NCBI GenBank assembly: GCA_030167145.1
Contig: CP126532.1
Location: 1,857,052-1,921,051 of the forward strand
DNA from: Ktedonobacterales bacterium
GTDB taxonomy: Bacteria > Chloroflexota > Ktedonobacteria > Ktedonobacterales > JADMIN01
DNA length: 64,000 bases
Direction of reading: 5' to 3'
Part shown: positions 54,101 through 61,755 of the stretch, piece by piece
Layout of the letters: every line of letters starts with the position of its first letter
Position numbering within the stretch: position 1 is the stretch's first letter
Notes under the pieces: generated by a model
Seen by the model: the letters and a program-made list of their open reading frames with translations, nothing else
What the model was told of the DNA's origin: nothing
Databases searched by the model: none
Translations under genes and position numbers: made by a program

Positions 54101-54862
54101 CGCTTTGCCGGGGCGGCGGCGCGCCATTAGCTCGAAGGCGCGATCCACCAGCTTTTTCGTGTTGATGTCTGCGGTACGCCCAGCCAGTGACCGCGCCCAA
54201 GAGTCGGCGGCGGGGTAGGTGCGTGGGTCGAGTTCGTGCAGCGCGGCACTGGCGCGATTCAGCTTCGTTGCGCCAGTGCGGACAACCTCCCAGGGTGGGC
54301 CGCCGTGCGCCTGAGCACAGGCGACGAATGCGTCGAGCTGGCCATCGCGCTCAAGCTCAATTTCTAGCTCGGCGATATCGAAGTCTTCGGCGTAACCCAG
54401 CGAGCGCAAGAGCTGGGCGTAGAGAAGCTCAGTGATGCGCTCGTTATTGGTACGTGCGGAACGCTCGACCATGACATCGAACATGATGACTTCGGTGGGG
54501 ATGCGCGCGGTGATGAAGTCTACCAGTTGCGAGATGGCGGGGTCGTCAAGCTGCTGCTTAAAGAGGTCGGCGGCGCGGTGGCCGAGCACGGTGCGATTGG
54601 CGAGGACGTAGCCGAGGTTTTTGGCGAAGGAGGATTTGCCGGAGCCGAAGAAGCCAGAGATCCAGATGCCGACGCCTTCGGTGAGATCGGTGGGCGCGTC
54701 GGCCATGGCTTTGAGCAATCCGTGATAGTGTTCGCGGATGCGTTTGGTGGCGACGTATTCGGTGAGTTCACTGTAGACGGTCTTTTCGTCTTCCTGGGTC
54801 ACCTTGATGATTTCTTCGATGTGCTGGTTCAGGTCGCGGCTGAGCAGGTCTTGTATGTGCAT
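51194..54862 (-). CDS. brxC: BREX P-loop ATPase BrxC/PglY
   Basis: 1222 aa. Walker A is GIWISGFFGSGKSSFAKNLGYVL and Walker B-like is LTFIVDEVGQY. Size and position are typical of BrxC. Confidence 0.9.
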   Translation of the reverse strand: MHIQDLLSRDLNQHIEEIIKVTQEDEKTVYSELTEYVATKRIREHYHGLLKAMADAPTDLTEGVGIWISGFFGSGKSSFAKNLGYVLANRTVLGHRAADLFKQQLDDPAISQLVDFITARIPTEVIMFDVMVERSARTNNERITELLYAQLLRSLGYAEDFDIAELEIELERDGQLDAFVACAQAHGGPPWEVVRTGATKLNRASAALHELDPRTYPAADSWARSLAGRTADINTKKLVDRAFELMARRRPGKALTFIVDEVGQYVSQSADKLNDLRAVVEHFGQESKNRIRARQAIAPIWIIVTSQEKLEEVVSALDSRRVQLAMVQDRFRHRVDLTPADISEVATKRVLDKKPSAVPELRQIFAQAQGQLNTSCHLERTSRKSEVREDDFVRFYPYLPHYIDLSIDIMTGIRSQPGAPRHISGSNRTIIKQAHSMLTAPRTDLARQPVGRLVTLDLIYELVEGSLSSEKQKDISDITERFKSDRDDAGWAARVAKALCLLEFVRDLPRTDANVAAVLVDQVGASAPLPQVQAAIRRLEQAQFVRHTEEGWKLLTAQEKNWDTERKQYLEPKPRERNEIQRESLLKIFSDQKLLTYQHPLKRTFKVGLTMDDVRLATGDIPLTLRVADAPTELASRLEDARSESRMGDHTNDIYWIFALDAELDTLINQVHASSQMIAKYSQAGAQGERAAELTPLLDAEKREQARYQSRLREKLEAALARGQSIFRGISKDASDLGRSLAEIFRNLFNAVVPDLYPKLEMGARPGLTGNEADEVLKAANLNALPQVFYGGEHGLNLVTKEGAKFVPHVHAEIAKEVLDYLKKEHSYGNRVTGKELEAHFTGLSYGWELDVIKLVLALLLRAGAVEVTYQGRRYRNAQDPLCRTPLTSNPAFRSASFTPRESIDLRTLTAAVRGFETLTGDEVDVEEGAIAESLKKLANAEIALLLPARAEVRANDLPGMDLLDDYYQSLTAIQNAASDDCVRTLAGESTSLKELRAQARRIREALTEQHIVATVRDARRVLDQQWPILQARGATDGLDDKAAEIQHILGDSTLYERLPHLRDMTRALAAAYADVYEGLHAKRHSHFDAAIDAIKGSANWPNVPEASRPALLDPLTQRACIEGLHLDDTASVCPHCHATLSQIESDLLALAGLKSQALARIQELTLAPDTAERGQSAISHVRAAEFFPDSLDTEAAVNAALDKLRDELFKLLAQGASIIVE

Positions 54863-54863
54863 A

Positions 54864-55085
54864 CCTATCCCCCTGGCCCCCTTCCCTACGAGGGAAGGGG
54901 GGAATGTACCTATCCCCCTGGCCCCCTTCCCTACGAGGGAAGGGGGAAGACGGACCTATCCCCCTGGCCCCCTTCCCTACGAGGGAAGGGGGGAATGTAC
55001 CTATCCCCCTGGCCCCCTTCCCTACGAGGGAAGGGGGAAGACGGACCTATCCCCCTGGCCCCCTTCCCTACGAGGGAAGGGGGAA
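54864..55085. repeat. Tandem array of five GGKG-family palindromic elements (45/46 bp units alternating)
   Basis: CCTATCCCCCTGGCCCCCTTCCCTACGAGGGAAGGGGG(GAATGTA/AAGACGGA) x5 fills the whole gap between the DUF559 stop (55089) and the brxC ATG (54862). The last unit supplies the GGGGGA Shine-Dalgarno of brxC. Confidence 0.9.
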
Positions 55086-55088
55086 GTG

Positions 55089-55487
55089 TTAGTGTGCGGC
55101 GTCGGGCGCTGGTGGCGCTGATGTCCGACAGGCGGCGGCGATGCGTGCGAGAACGCTGGGCAGATCGCGCTGGATGTCGTGATTGGATATGCGCAGCACG
55201 CGCAATCCATGGCCGACGAGCACTTGATCTCTCTCTGTATCATACTCCACCTGCTCGTTGTGAATGCTACCATCCACTTCGACGACAAGTGCGGCTGCGT
55301 GACAGTAGAAATCCACGATAAATCCGGCGATCACTTGCTGACGCCGGAAGTGAAGCCCTTGCAAGCGATTCGCGCGCAGCCAGTGCCAGAGCAGTTCTTC
55401 CTCCTCAGTCATCGCCGCCCGAAATGCCCTGGCTTGTTCCACCTTCACTGGCGCCACTCGCTGTCCACGGACGATCTTTCGTGCCAT
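55089..55487 (-). CDS. DUF559 (Vsr/restriction-endonuclease-fold) domain protein
   Basis: LWHWLRANRLQGLHFRRQQVIAGFIVDFYCHAAALVVEVDGSIHNEQVEYDTERDQVLVGHGLRVLRISNHDI is the typical DUF559 core. Confidence 0.85.
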   Translation of the reverse strand: MARKIVRGQRVAPVKVEQARAFRAAMTEEEELLWHWLRANRLQGLHFRRQQVIAGFIVDFYCHAAALVVEVDGSIHNEQVEYDTERDQVLVGHGLRVLRISNHDIQRDLPSVLARIAAACRTSAPPAPDAAH

Positions 55488-55597
55488 ATCGCTGTATTCC
55501 TCTCTTATACTGCCCTTATACCGCCCTTATACCGCCCTTATACTGGATGGTCTTGACCTGTTTGGACTAGCGCATCGCAGCCTGTATCGGGATGCGC

Positions 55598-58500
55598 TCA
55601 CCTCTCCTCCCCCTTCCCTCCCAGGGAAGGGGGCTGGGGGGTTAGGTCCGTCTCCCCCTTCCCTCCCAGGGAAGGGGGCTGGGGGGTTAGGTCCGTCTCC
55701 CCCTTCCCTCCTAGGGAAGGGGGCTGGGGGGTTAGGTCCGTCTCCCCCTTCCCTCCTAGGGAAGGGGGCTGGGGGGTTAGGTTCTGCGCGATGGCGTAGC
55801 TCTGGTTCGCGCGGCAAGCGGCGAGGACGCGGTCGGGCCAGTAGCGCATGGCGGTGCGGGACCAGTCGTAGTCGCCGCGCTCCAGCGCCTGCCAGCATTG
55901 CCGGGGTTCGGTGGACCAGGCGGGCATGAGGGTATGAAGCGGGGCGAGGTTGATGAGGATGCCGTCGTCTAGCTCTGGCGCCCAGCCGGTCGTCTCGCCG
56001 CGCGCGTTGGGCTGGGTGGTGACGGCGGCGAGGGCTTTGTCGAAGGCTTCGAGGTCGTTGAGGGTGGATTCGAGCGCTTCGAGGGCGCGTTCGGCGCGGC
56101 GGCGCTCGGCGCCCTGGGGCAGCGCGGGCAGGCGCTGGCGCTGCTCGGCGATGTCGCGCCGGACGGAGGCGATGCGGCCGCCCAGGTAACGGCTGCCGCG
56201 CAGCAGGTGCAGGGTGTCGCGGGTGACGCATTCGGCGAAGAGGTAGACGCCGTAGCCGCGCTTGGGCGATTGCAGCAACCAGTAGATGGGGCGCTTACGA
56301 TAGCGTTTGTGGTGGTCTTTGAAGAAGTCTTTGGCGAGCCAGTCGTGCAGCGGGCGCCCGCCAGTGGCGGTGGCGAGCAGGCCCTCGACCTTATCGTCGC
56401 CGAGCAGGACTTCGAGCACGTGGGTGACGCGGGCGGCGAGGTCGTCGGGGTGGCCAGGATCGAGTACGGCGATGGGGGACCCCTCCCCCAGCCCCTCCCC
56501 CACAGGGAGAGGGGAGTTGAGAGTGAGGGGGGTAATGGCGAGGCTGGCGGCTGGGGGTGTGCCATCGGGCGCAGGGAGCGGTGCGACGCCGTTGCCAAGC
56601 GCGCCAAGGATGCCGGGGGAGAAGCGACCGAGGGCGATGCCGACGGCGTAGCTGACCCAGCGCGCGGCGAGGGATGACCTATCCCCCCCGGCCCCCCTTC
56701 CCTGGGAGGGAAGGGGGGAGAGAGAGGCATGCGCGCCGTTTGCGCAAGATTCGCCATCTGCGCTATTGATGGCATCCGCGTCCGCGTCCGCTTCTTCGTA
56801 TTTCTCCGCGTCACGATCATCGCCAGCCAGCGCCGCCGCCTCGTCTTCCTCCTCCCCCTCACGCGCCCCACCTGCTAGCGCCGCCGCCACCTCGTCTTCC
56901 TCCTCCCCCTTCCCTCCCAGGGAAGGGGGCTGGGGGGATAGGTCCGCTTCGATGGCGGCGCGGTCTGCGGGGCTGATGTCGTAGAGGCGGTAGACTTCTT
57001 CGTTTATTTCGCGCTCGATGGCGGCGAGCTCGGCGTGACGGGCGGCGACGCGGGCCAGACCATCGGGCCAGGCGGGCGGGGCGACGAACTCGTAGGTGGT
57101 CTCGTCTTCGGCGCTGTCGGCGCGGGCGAGGGCTATCGCCCGCTCGACGAGGCCGCGCAGGGTGTCGCTGGACACGGTGGGGATGGGGAGACGCTTCAGA
57201 TCGCCCAGGTAAAAGTGAAACGTTGGATTCAGCACCGCAAGTAAGTGATTAGCAACTGACGAGTTCAATATGCCAAGCAGCTTATATAAAATGCTGCTCT
57301 GCTCAGAGAAAATACAGTTGCCTGCATGATCAAAGAGAAAGCCAGCAGGCATGTAGCGTATGCTTAAACCTTTGGATGTGAGATCAGTGAAAGTCAGTCC
57401 TTGGTGGAAATAGAGTTGTCTGCTTGGAAGTTTGTTGCCTCTTTCGGAAAGAATGCGGAAGTGGGGCAAGTCGTAAGCAATTACAAATTCTTGGTTACCC
57501 CACCAGCGTCGGAACTCACCGCCCTTCATATGTGGAAACCACCGCTTCCCTGTGTACCAGGCTTCCTCGGCAGATGTGCAACCGAATCCAATACTAGAAA
57601 TGCCTACCTCCCACCAGAATCGCAAGAAACGCGAATTTCCTGATGTTGCCAGCCCTTGTCGCGGATTAGCACTATTGACAAGTTTAGGCAAATTAGCGAA
57701 GAGTGATCGTAGAGACGGGGTTATTTGGTAGACCCAGGGGGAGCCGGGGATGGCATCGAAGTCGCGCTGGCGGTAGGCGTAGACGGCGGGGTCGGTTGCG
57801 CCAGCCTGGAAGGCGGCGACGGCACGCTCGAAGCCACGGCGCTTGGCTTCGGCGTCGGGTTCGCGGACGAGGCGGATATACCTGCCGGTGGCGTGGTCGC
57901 GGCGGGCGGCGTCGGGTTCGGCGCGGAGGACGAAGAGGGTAGTGTTGACTATCTCGCCGTCGATCTCGGCAAAGGCGCGCGGGCCGACGTGGATCATCGT
58001 TTCGATGGCGGTCAGGTGGCGCAGCTTGTCGCGCAGCGCTTCGTAGCTGCTGATGAACATGAACGACTGCTGTGTAATCATCGCCAGCCGTCCGCCGGAG
58101 GCGAGCATCTGTGCGCAGCGGTCAATGAACGCGGCGTAGAGGTTGTCTTCGGATGCTGGAAATTCCACTTCCAGATATTTGCGCATGGTGGCTGACATGT
58201 TGTCGCTACCCATATAAGGCGGGTTGGCGGCGACGACATCGTAGCGGCGGAGCATCACGTCGAGCAGGCGCATGCCCTTGACGGCTTCGCCGGCGAAGTA
58301 GGCCTGGTCTATGCCTTCGCGGGCCTGCTGGCGGGCGAATTCGTCGAAGGCCTGGACGATCTGCGCTTCGAGGATGCCCCAGTATTCGTCGTCGTCGGCG
58401 TCTTCTTCGAAGAGCGTGCGCAGCTCGGGGAAGGGCAGGCGCCCCTGGCCTTCGAGGCGGAAACGCTGGCGTTCGGCCAGGATGATGGCGCGAATCTCGT

Positions 58501-59953
58501 CTTCGAGCCGCAGCAGCGAGCCAAGCTGGTTGGCGTCGCGCAGGCGCTGCCAGACGGCGCGAATCACGCGCTCGTAGATCGGGCGCGAGAACTTCGCCGT
58601 GTCAATAAACGCATCCAGACGCTTGCCGTTGAGCAGCAGCACATCGGCGCAGGCGAGGTTGCTGTGGCGGATGGTGACGTGAGGGTTAAGCGCGGCGGCT
58701 TTGAGATAGAGCGTCAGCGCGGAGAGCTGCACGGCGCGCAGGTCAATATCTATGCCGAAGAGGTTGTGCTCGACGATGGCGGCGGGAATCTCACTGGCGT
58801 CGGGCACGGGTGGCGTCGCGGGCCAGCCTGGCTCACCGGCGCGCTCGATCTCCTCCTGATACATCGCCGCGAAGAGATCGAAGGCGACCAACCCAAAGTG
58901 CATCGTGCCGCAGGCCGGATCCAGCAGCGTCATCTCCCGCACCGACCTCATTCCCTCTCCCCCCTTCCCTCCTAGGGAAGGGGGGCTGGGGGGGTTAGGT
59001 TCCGCTCCCCCCTTCCCTCCTAGGGAAGGGGGGCTGGGGGGGTTAGGTTCCGCTCCCTCCTTCCCTCCCAGGGAAGGGGGGCTGGGGGGGTTAGGTTCCG
59101 GGACGAGCGAGGTGAGGGAGTCGCGCAGGCGGCTGTCGGGGTGCATCTGGAGCCAGAGGCGGCCAAGGGAGTTTTCGACCAGCGCGCGGACAATCCAGCG
59201 CGGGGTGAAGAGTTGGGTTGCGGCGGGAATCTCGCTGGCGGTGATCTTCGCGCCTTTGTTCAGCCGGGCAAAGACCTCGGCTTTCTCCTGCTCGTTGAAA
59301 TACTGATAGATCCAGCCGATGGTTTCGTCGTCGGCCCAGGCGGGGGCAACGTCGGCGGCGTTGACCAGCGCGAGCAGGCTGGCGAGGGCGCGGGGGCGCG
59401 GGCAGAGGCGGCTGGGGAGGTCGGTGGGGTCGAAGAGCGCGCGAATCTGGCTGGCCATGGCGGCGCAGAGGTGCAGCAGGTAGTGGCGATAGGCGGTGTC
59501 GCGCGGGCCTTCGCCGAGGGCATCGAGCGGCAGCGAGCCAGATTCATAGCGGGCGTAGTCGTCTTCGTGGCCCGGCTCGGTGAGCCAGAGCATGAAGCCG
59601 CCGGACTGCTGGCCCTTGCCGACGCTGGCCTTGATGAGCTTGCGGGCTTCGAGCATCTTGAACGCGGAGACGCGGTTGAGCCAGGTGTAGGCGACCTCTT
59701 TGGTGAGCTTGGCGACGGCCTCGCGCGGGGTGAGTCCGGCGGTCTTTTCGTCGGCCAGCAGACGTTCTAAGCGGGCACGGGTGTCGCGGGCGTCGGATAG
59801 CTGCTGGATGGCGGGGAGGGTATCGGCTGGCTCGAAGCGGCCATCGCGATGCAGGCCATAGACGCCTTCGAGGAGGTCGGTTGTCTCGGTGGTGAGCAGG
59901 TGGCGGGCGTCGAGGGTGAGGTCGTGCAGGCGGGTGCGGAGCGTACTTTCCAT
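55598..59953 (-). CDS. pglX: Full-length PglX-like N6-adenine methyltransferase located between brxB and brxC
   Basis: ATG at 59953 (MESTLRTRLHDL); the longer ORF to 60520 overlaps brxB and is discounted. KEVAYTWLNRVSAFKMLEARKLI, DETIGWIYQYF. Motif I is LLDPACGTMHFGL and motif IV is VAANPPYMGSD. C-terminal KRPIYWLLQSPKRGY. It contains at least 9 in-frame palindromic element copies. Confidence 0.85.
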   Translation of the reverse strand: MESTLRTRLHDLTLDARHLLTTETTDLLEGVYGLHRDGRFEPADTLPAIQQLSDARDTRARLERLLADEKTAGLTPREAVAKLTKEVAYTWLNRVSAFKMLEARKLIKASVGKGQQSGGFMLWLTEPGHEDDYARYESGSLPLDALGEGPRDTAYRHYLLHLCAAMASQIRALFDPTDLPSRLCPRPRALASLLALVNAADVAPAWADDETIGWIYQYFNEQEKAEVFARLNKGAKITASEIPAATQLFTPRWIVRALVENSLGRLWLQMHPDSRLRDSLTSLVPEPNPPSPPSLGGKEGAEPNPPSPPSLGGKGGAEPNPPSPPSLGGKGGEGMRSVREMTLLDPACGTMHFGLVAFDLFAAMYQEEIERAGEPGWPATPPVPDASEIPAAIVEHNLFGIDIDLRAVQLSALTLYLKAAALNPHVTIRHSNLACADVLLLNGKRLDAFIDTAKFSRPIYERVIRAVWQRLRDANQLGSLLRLEDEIRAIILAERQRFRLEGQGRLPFPELRTLFEEDADDDEYWGILEAQIVQAFDEFARQQAREGIDQAYFAGEAVKGMRLLDVMLRRYDVVAANPPYMGSDNMSATMRKYLEVEFPASEDNLYAAFIDRCAQMLASGGRLAMITQQSFMFISSYEALRDKLRHLTAIETMIHVGPRAFAEIDGEIVNTTLFVLRAEPDAARRDHATGRYIRLVREPDAEAKRRGFERAVAAFQAGATDPAVYAYRQRDFDAIPGSPWVYQITPSLRSLFANLPKLVNSANPRQGLATSGNSRFLRFWWEVGISSIGFGCTSAEEAWYTGKRWFPHMKGGEFRRWWGNQEFVIAYDLPHFRILSERGNKLPSRQLYFHQGLTFTDLTSKGLSIRYMPAGFLFDHAGNCIFSEQSSILYKLLGILNSSVANHLLAVLNPTFHFYLGDLKRLPIPTVSSDTLRGLVERAIALARADSAEDETTYEFVAPPAWPDGLARVAARHAELAAIEREINEEVYRLYDISPADRAAIEADLSPQPPSLGGKGEEEDEVAAALAGGAREGEEEDEAAALAGDDRDAEKYEEADADADAINSADGESCANGAHASLSPLPSQGRGAGGDRSSLAARWVSYAVGIALGRFSPGILGALGNGVAPLPAPDGTPPAASLAITPLTLNSPLPVGEGLGEGSPIAVLDPGHPDDLAARVTHVLEVLLGDDKVEGLLATATGGRPLHDWLAKDFFKDHHKRYRKRPIYWLLQSPKRGYGVYLFAECVTRDTLHLLRGSRYLGGRIASVRRDIAEQRQRLPALPQGAERRRAERALEALESTLNDLEAFDKALAAVTTQPNARGETTGWAPELDDGILINLAPLHTLMPAWSTEPRQCWQALERGDYDWSRTAMRYWPDRVLAACRANQSYAIAQNLTPQPPSLGGKGETDLTPQPPSLGGKGETDLTPQPPSLGGKGETDLTPQPPSLGGKGEER
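55603..55782. repeat. Tandem array of four GGKG-family elements (45 bp units), inverted relative to 54864-55085
   Basis: TCTCCCCCTTCCCTCC(C/T)AGGGAAGGGGGCTGGGGGGTTAGGTCCG x4. It is read in-frame as the C-terminal tail of pglX (LTPQPPSLGGKGETD x4). Confidence 0.9.
56678..56720. repeat. Palindromic element (GGKG family), single copy, in-frame in pglX
   Basis: CCTATCCCCCCCGGCCCCCCTTCCCTGGGAGGGAAGGGGGGAG, translated as SPLPSQGRGAGGDR. A related but distinct palindrome CCCCTCCCCCACAGGGAGAGGGG lies at 56475-56516. Confidence 0.85.
56905..56945. repeat. Palindromic element (GGKG family), single copy, in-frame in pglX
   Basis: CCCCCTTCCCTCCCAGGGAAGGGGGCTGGGGGGATAGGTCC, translated as LSPQPPSLGGKGEEE. 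Confidence 0.85.
58955..59100. repeat. Tandem array of three GGKG-family elements (48 bp units), in-frame in pglX just upstream of MTase motif I
   Basis: CTCCCCCCTTCCCTCCTAGGGAAGGGGGGCTGGGGGGGTTAGGTTCCG x3, translated as PNPPSPPSLGGKGGAE x3. Confidence 0.9.
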
Positions 59954-60057
59954 TGCGTGACGTGTCCTTCTCTTTCCAGTGTCGTACTCTCGTCGTTGTC
60001 TCGTGGTTTGCTCGTCGTACTCTCGCCGTTCATTTCTCAGCGAGCGCATGATGACGA

Positions 60058-60639
60058 TCACCCGTAGACTTTGACGCGATAGTTGCCCATGGCCTCGCGG
60101 TTCTTGAGATCCATGAAGCGCAGGCCGACGGTACCCTCGAGTGTGCCGGGGTAGAAGAGGATGGCGGGGACGGCGGTGCGGCGCTGCATCTCGTCGAGTA
60201 GCCGCGACATCTGGTAGATGGAGGGCGCCATGGCTGAGGCGCGGGTGAGGAAGACGAGGTCGCGCTGCGGATCGAAGGGGCGCATGCGCTCGGCCAGGGT
60301 ATCGGGCAGGGGCCGCCAGAAGGGATGGGAGAGATAGGTCGTCGCCTGCTCCTCGGCGGCGGCGAAACCACTCATGCGCTCTAGCTCTACCAGCGCATCC
60401 AGTCCTTCGGTCTGCGCGATGGTTTCCCAGAGCAGGCCAGCGAGCGAGATGGTGTGAACGCGCTTGCCGGTCTGTGCGAGACTGTCGGCGAGCAGCCGGG
60501 CGCGGCGGCGCATATCCCACTCGGCCTCTGGCTCGTAGCGCAGGATGGCGAACGGGAGGTCGGTATGGTTGGCGATGCGCATCGGCGTGGCGGTGAGGTC
60601 GCGTTCGAGCAGGTCAAAGCGGTCTTTGAGTGAGAGCAT
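60058..60639 (-). CDS. brxB: BREX protein BrxB (DUF1788)
   Basis: 193 aa with LPFAILRYEPEAEWDMRRR, VPAILFYPGTLEG and GNYRVKVY, matching the BrxB pattern. It sits directly after brxA. Confidence 0.85.
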   Translation of the reverse strand: MLSLKDRFDLLERDLTATPMRIANHTDLPFAILRYEPEAEWDMRRRARLLADSLAQTGKRVHTISLAGLLWETIAQTEGLDALVELERMSGFAAAEEQATTYLSHPFWRPLPDTLAERMRPFDPQRDLVFLTRASAMAPSIYQMSRLLDEMQRRTAVPAILFYPGTLEGTVGLRFMDLKNREAMGNYRVKVYG

Positions 60640-61432
60640 GCGCGTACTCCTCTAGCGAACGGGTAGGAAACTCAACGCGGATGACCCGTCCAGCGGCTTG
60701 ATAGGTGAGCAGGCGCTCCTGGTGCGCTTCGAAGAAGAGCAGTTCGACGGCGGGCTGCGCGAGGAAGAAAAGCTGCCAGGATGGGTCGTGCAGCAGCTTC
60801 GCGCCGGACGGCTGGTCGCGGCTGAGCAGCAAGGCGAGCAGGGCGAAGGCGGGTGGGGCAAGGTAGATGGGGCCGAGCCGCTTCGCGACCTTGCCTTGCA
60901 GGATGCCGAAGTCGCGCAGCGTTGCCAGCAGCCCGACTGCCAGGCGGCGGATGGTGACATCGGACCATGGGCGCTGTGTTTTGCCAGCGGCCATCTGTTC
61001 GTTGAGCCAGCGCACCACGTCTTCGGGTCGCACGAGGGTGTGCCCACGGGCGAGCATCGGCCCCAGCAGATCCAGCACCACATCGCGGAGCAGCGGGTCG
61101 GTGCGTGTCGCCAGCACGTACAAGATGGGGTCCAGGAGCGAACTGGGGGCACTAGAACTGGAACTGGCAAGGGTCACGAGCATCCGCAGGATCTCGGGGT
61201 CGGTGAGATAGCGCTCGCGGAAGATATCGAGCATCTCGGGGATGCGGGAACGCGAGGCCTTGGCGAAGATGTTGTCGGCGCGCATGCGTTCCAAGTTGGC
61301 GGGCACAGTGGCGGAGAGATCCCAATGGGCGAGCATGAGTTTGGTATCGGGTAGGAGCGCGCCGACGTGATTGATGCGGGTGGAATAGCGTTGGGAGTGC
61401 TGGGAGTGCCCGGATTTAGCCGTGACTGCCAT
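60614..61432 (-). CDS. brxA: BREX protein BrxA (DUF1819)
   Basis: 272 aa and the first gene of the operon. YSTRINHVGALLPDTKLMLAHW...ADNIFAKASRSRIPEMLDIFRERYL is typical of DUF1819. 26-nt overlap with brxB. Confidence 0.8.
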   Translation of the reverse strand: MAVTAKSGHSQHSQRYSTRINHVGALLPDTKLMLAHWDLSATVPANLERMRADNIFAKASRSRIPEMLDIFRERYLTDPEILRMLVTLASSSSSAPSSLLDPILYVLATRTDPLLRDVVLDLLGPMLARGHTLVRPEDVVRWLNEQMAAGKTQRPWSDVTIRRLAVGLLATLRDFGILQGKVAKRLGPIYLAPPAFALLALLLSRDQPSGAKLLHDPSWQLFFLAQPAVELLFFEAHQERLLTYQAAGRVIRVEFPTRSLEEYAHALTQRPL

Positions 61433-61755
61433 GCGCCGCTTCTCTCTCGTGTTCTCGCTAGTGTTCTCGCGTTGCCCCGCCGGTATCGGTCGCCTATCTA
61501 TAGCCTATCTGTCGCGCTAGCTTATGACGTGCAGGCGGAAGTATGCGAAAGATGGGCAGCGGGTACACATTCTATTATTAGCATACTATCTGAAAGAGCA
61601 CTCGCGCGCAAGCGGAGAGGTATGGCATGGCGGGATAGAGCGGGCAATGGGGAACGAGATGGAGCGGGGAACGAGATGGGGCCGGCAAGACAGAACGACG
61701 CGGCACACCTCGCTATGGAGGTATGCCGCGTCATGTCAGCGCGCGAATAGCACGA

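Noticed and set aside
54864-55085. CRISPR array, suggested by regularly spaced palindromic repeats.
   Set aside because: The units abut each other with only 7-8 nt alternating linkers (GAATGTA / AAGACGGA), so there are no unique spacers. The same element occurs singly and inside coding sequence. No cas genes are present.
59954-60520. N-terminal 189-aa extension of the 1640-aa ORF 55598..60520.
   Set aside because: The extension overlaps brxB on the same strand in another frame and is Arg/Pro-rich shadow sequence. PglX homology begins at MESTLRTRL (ATG at 59953).
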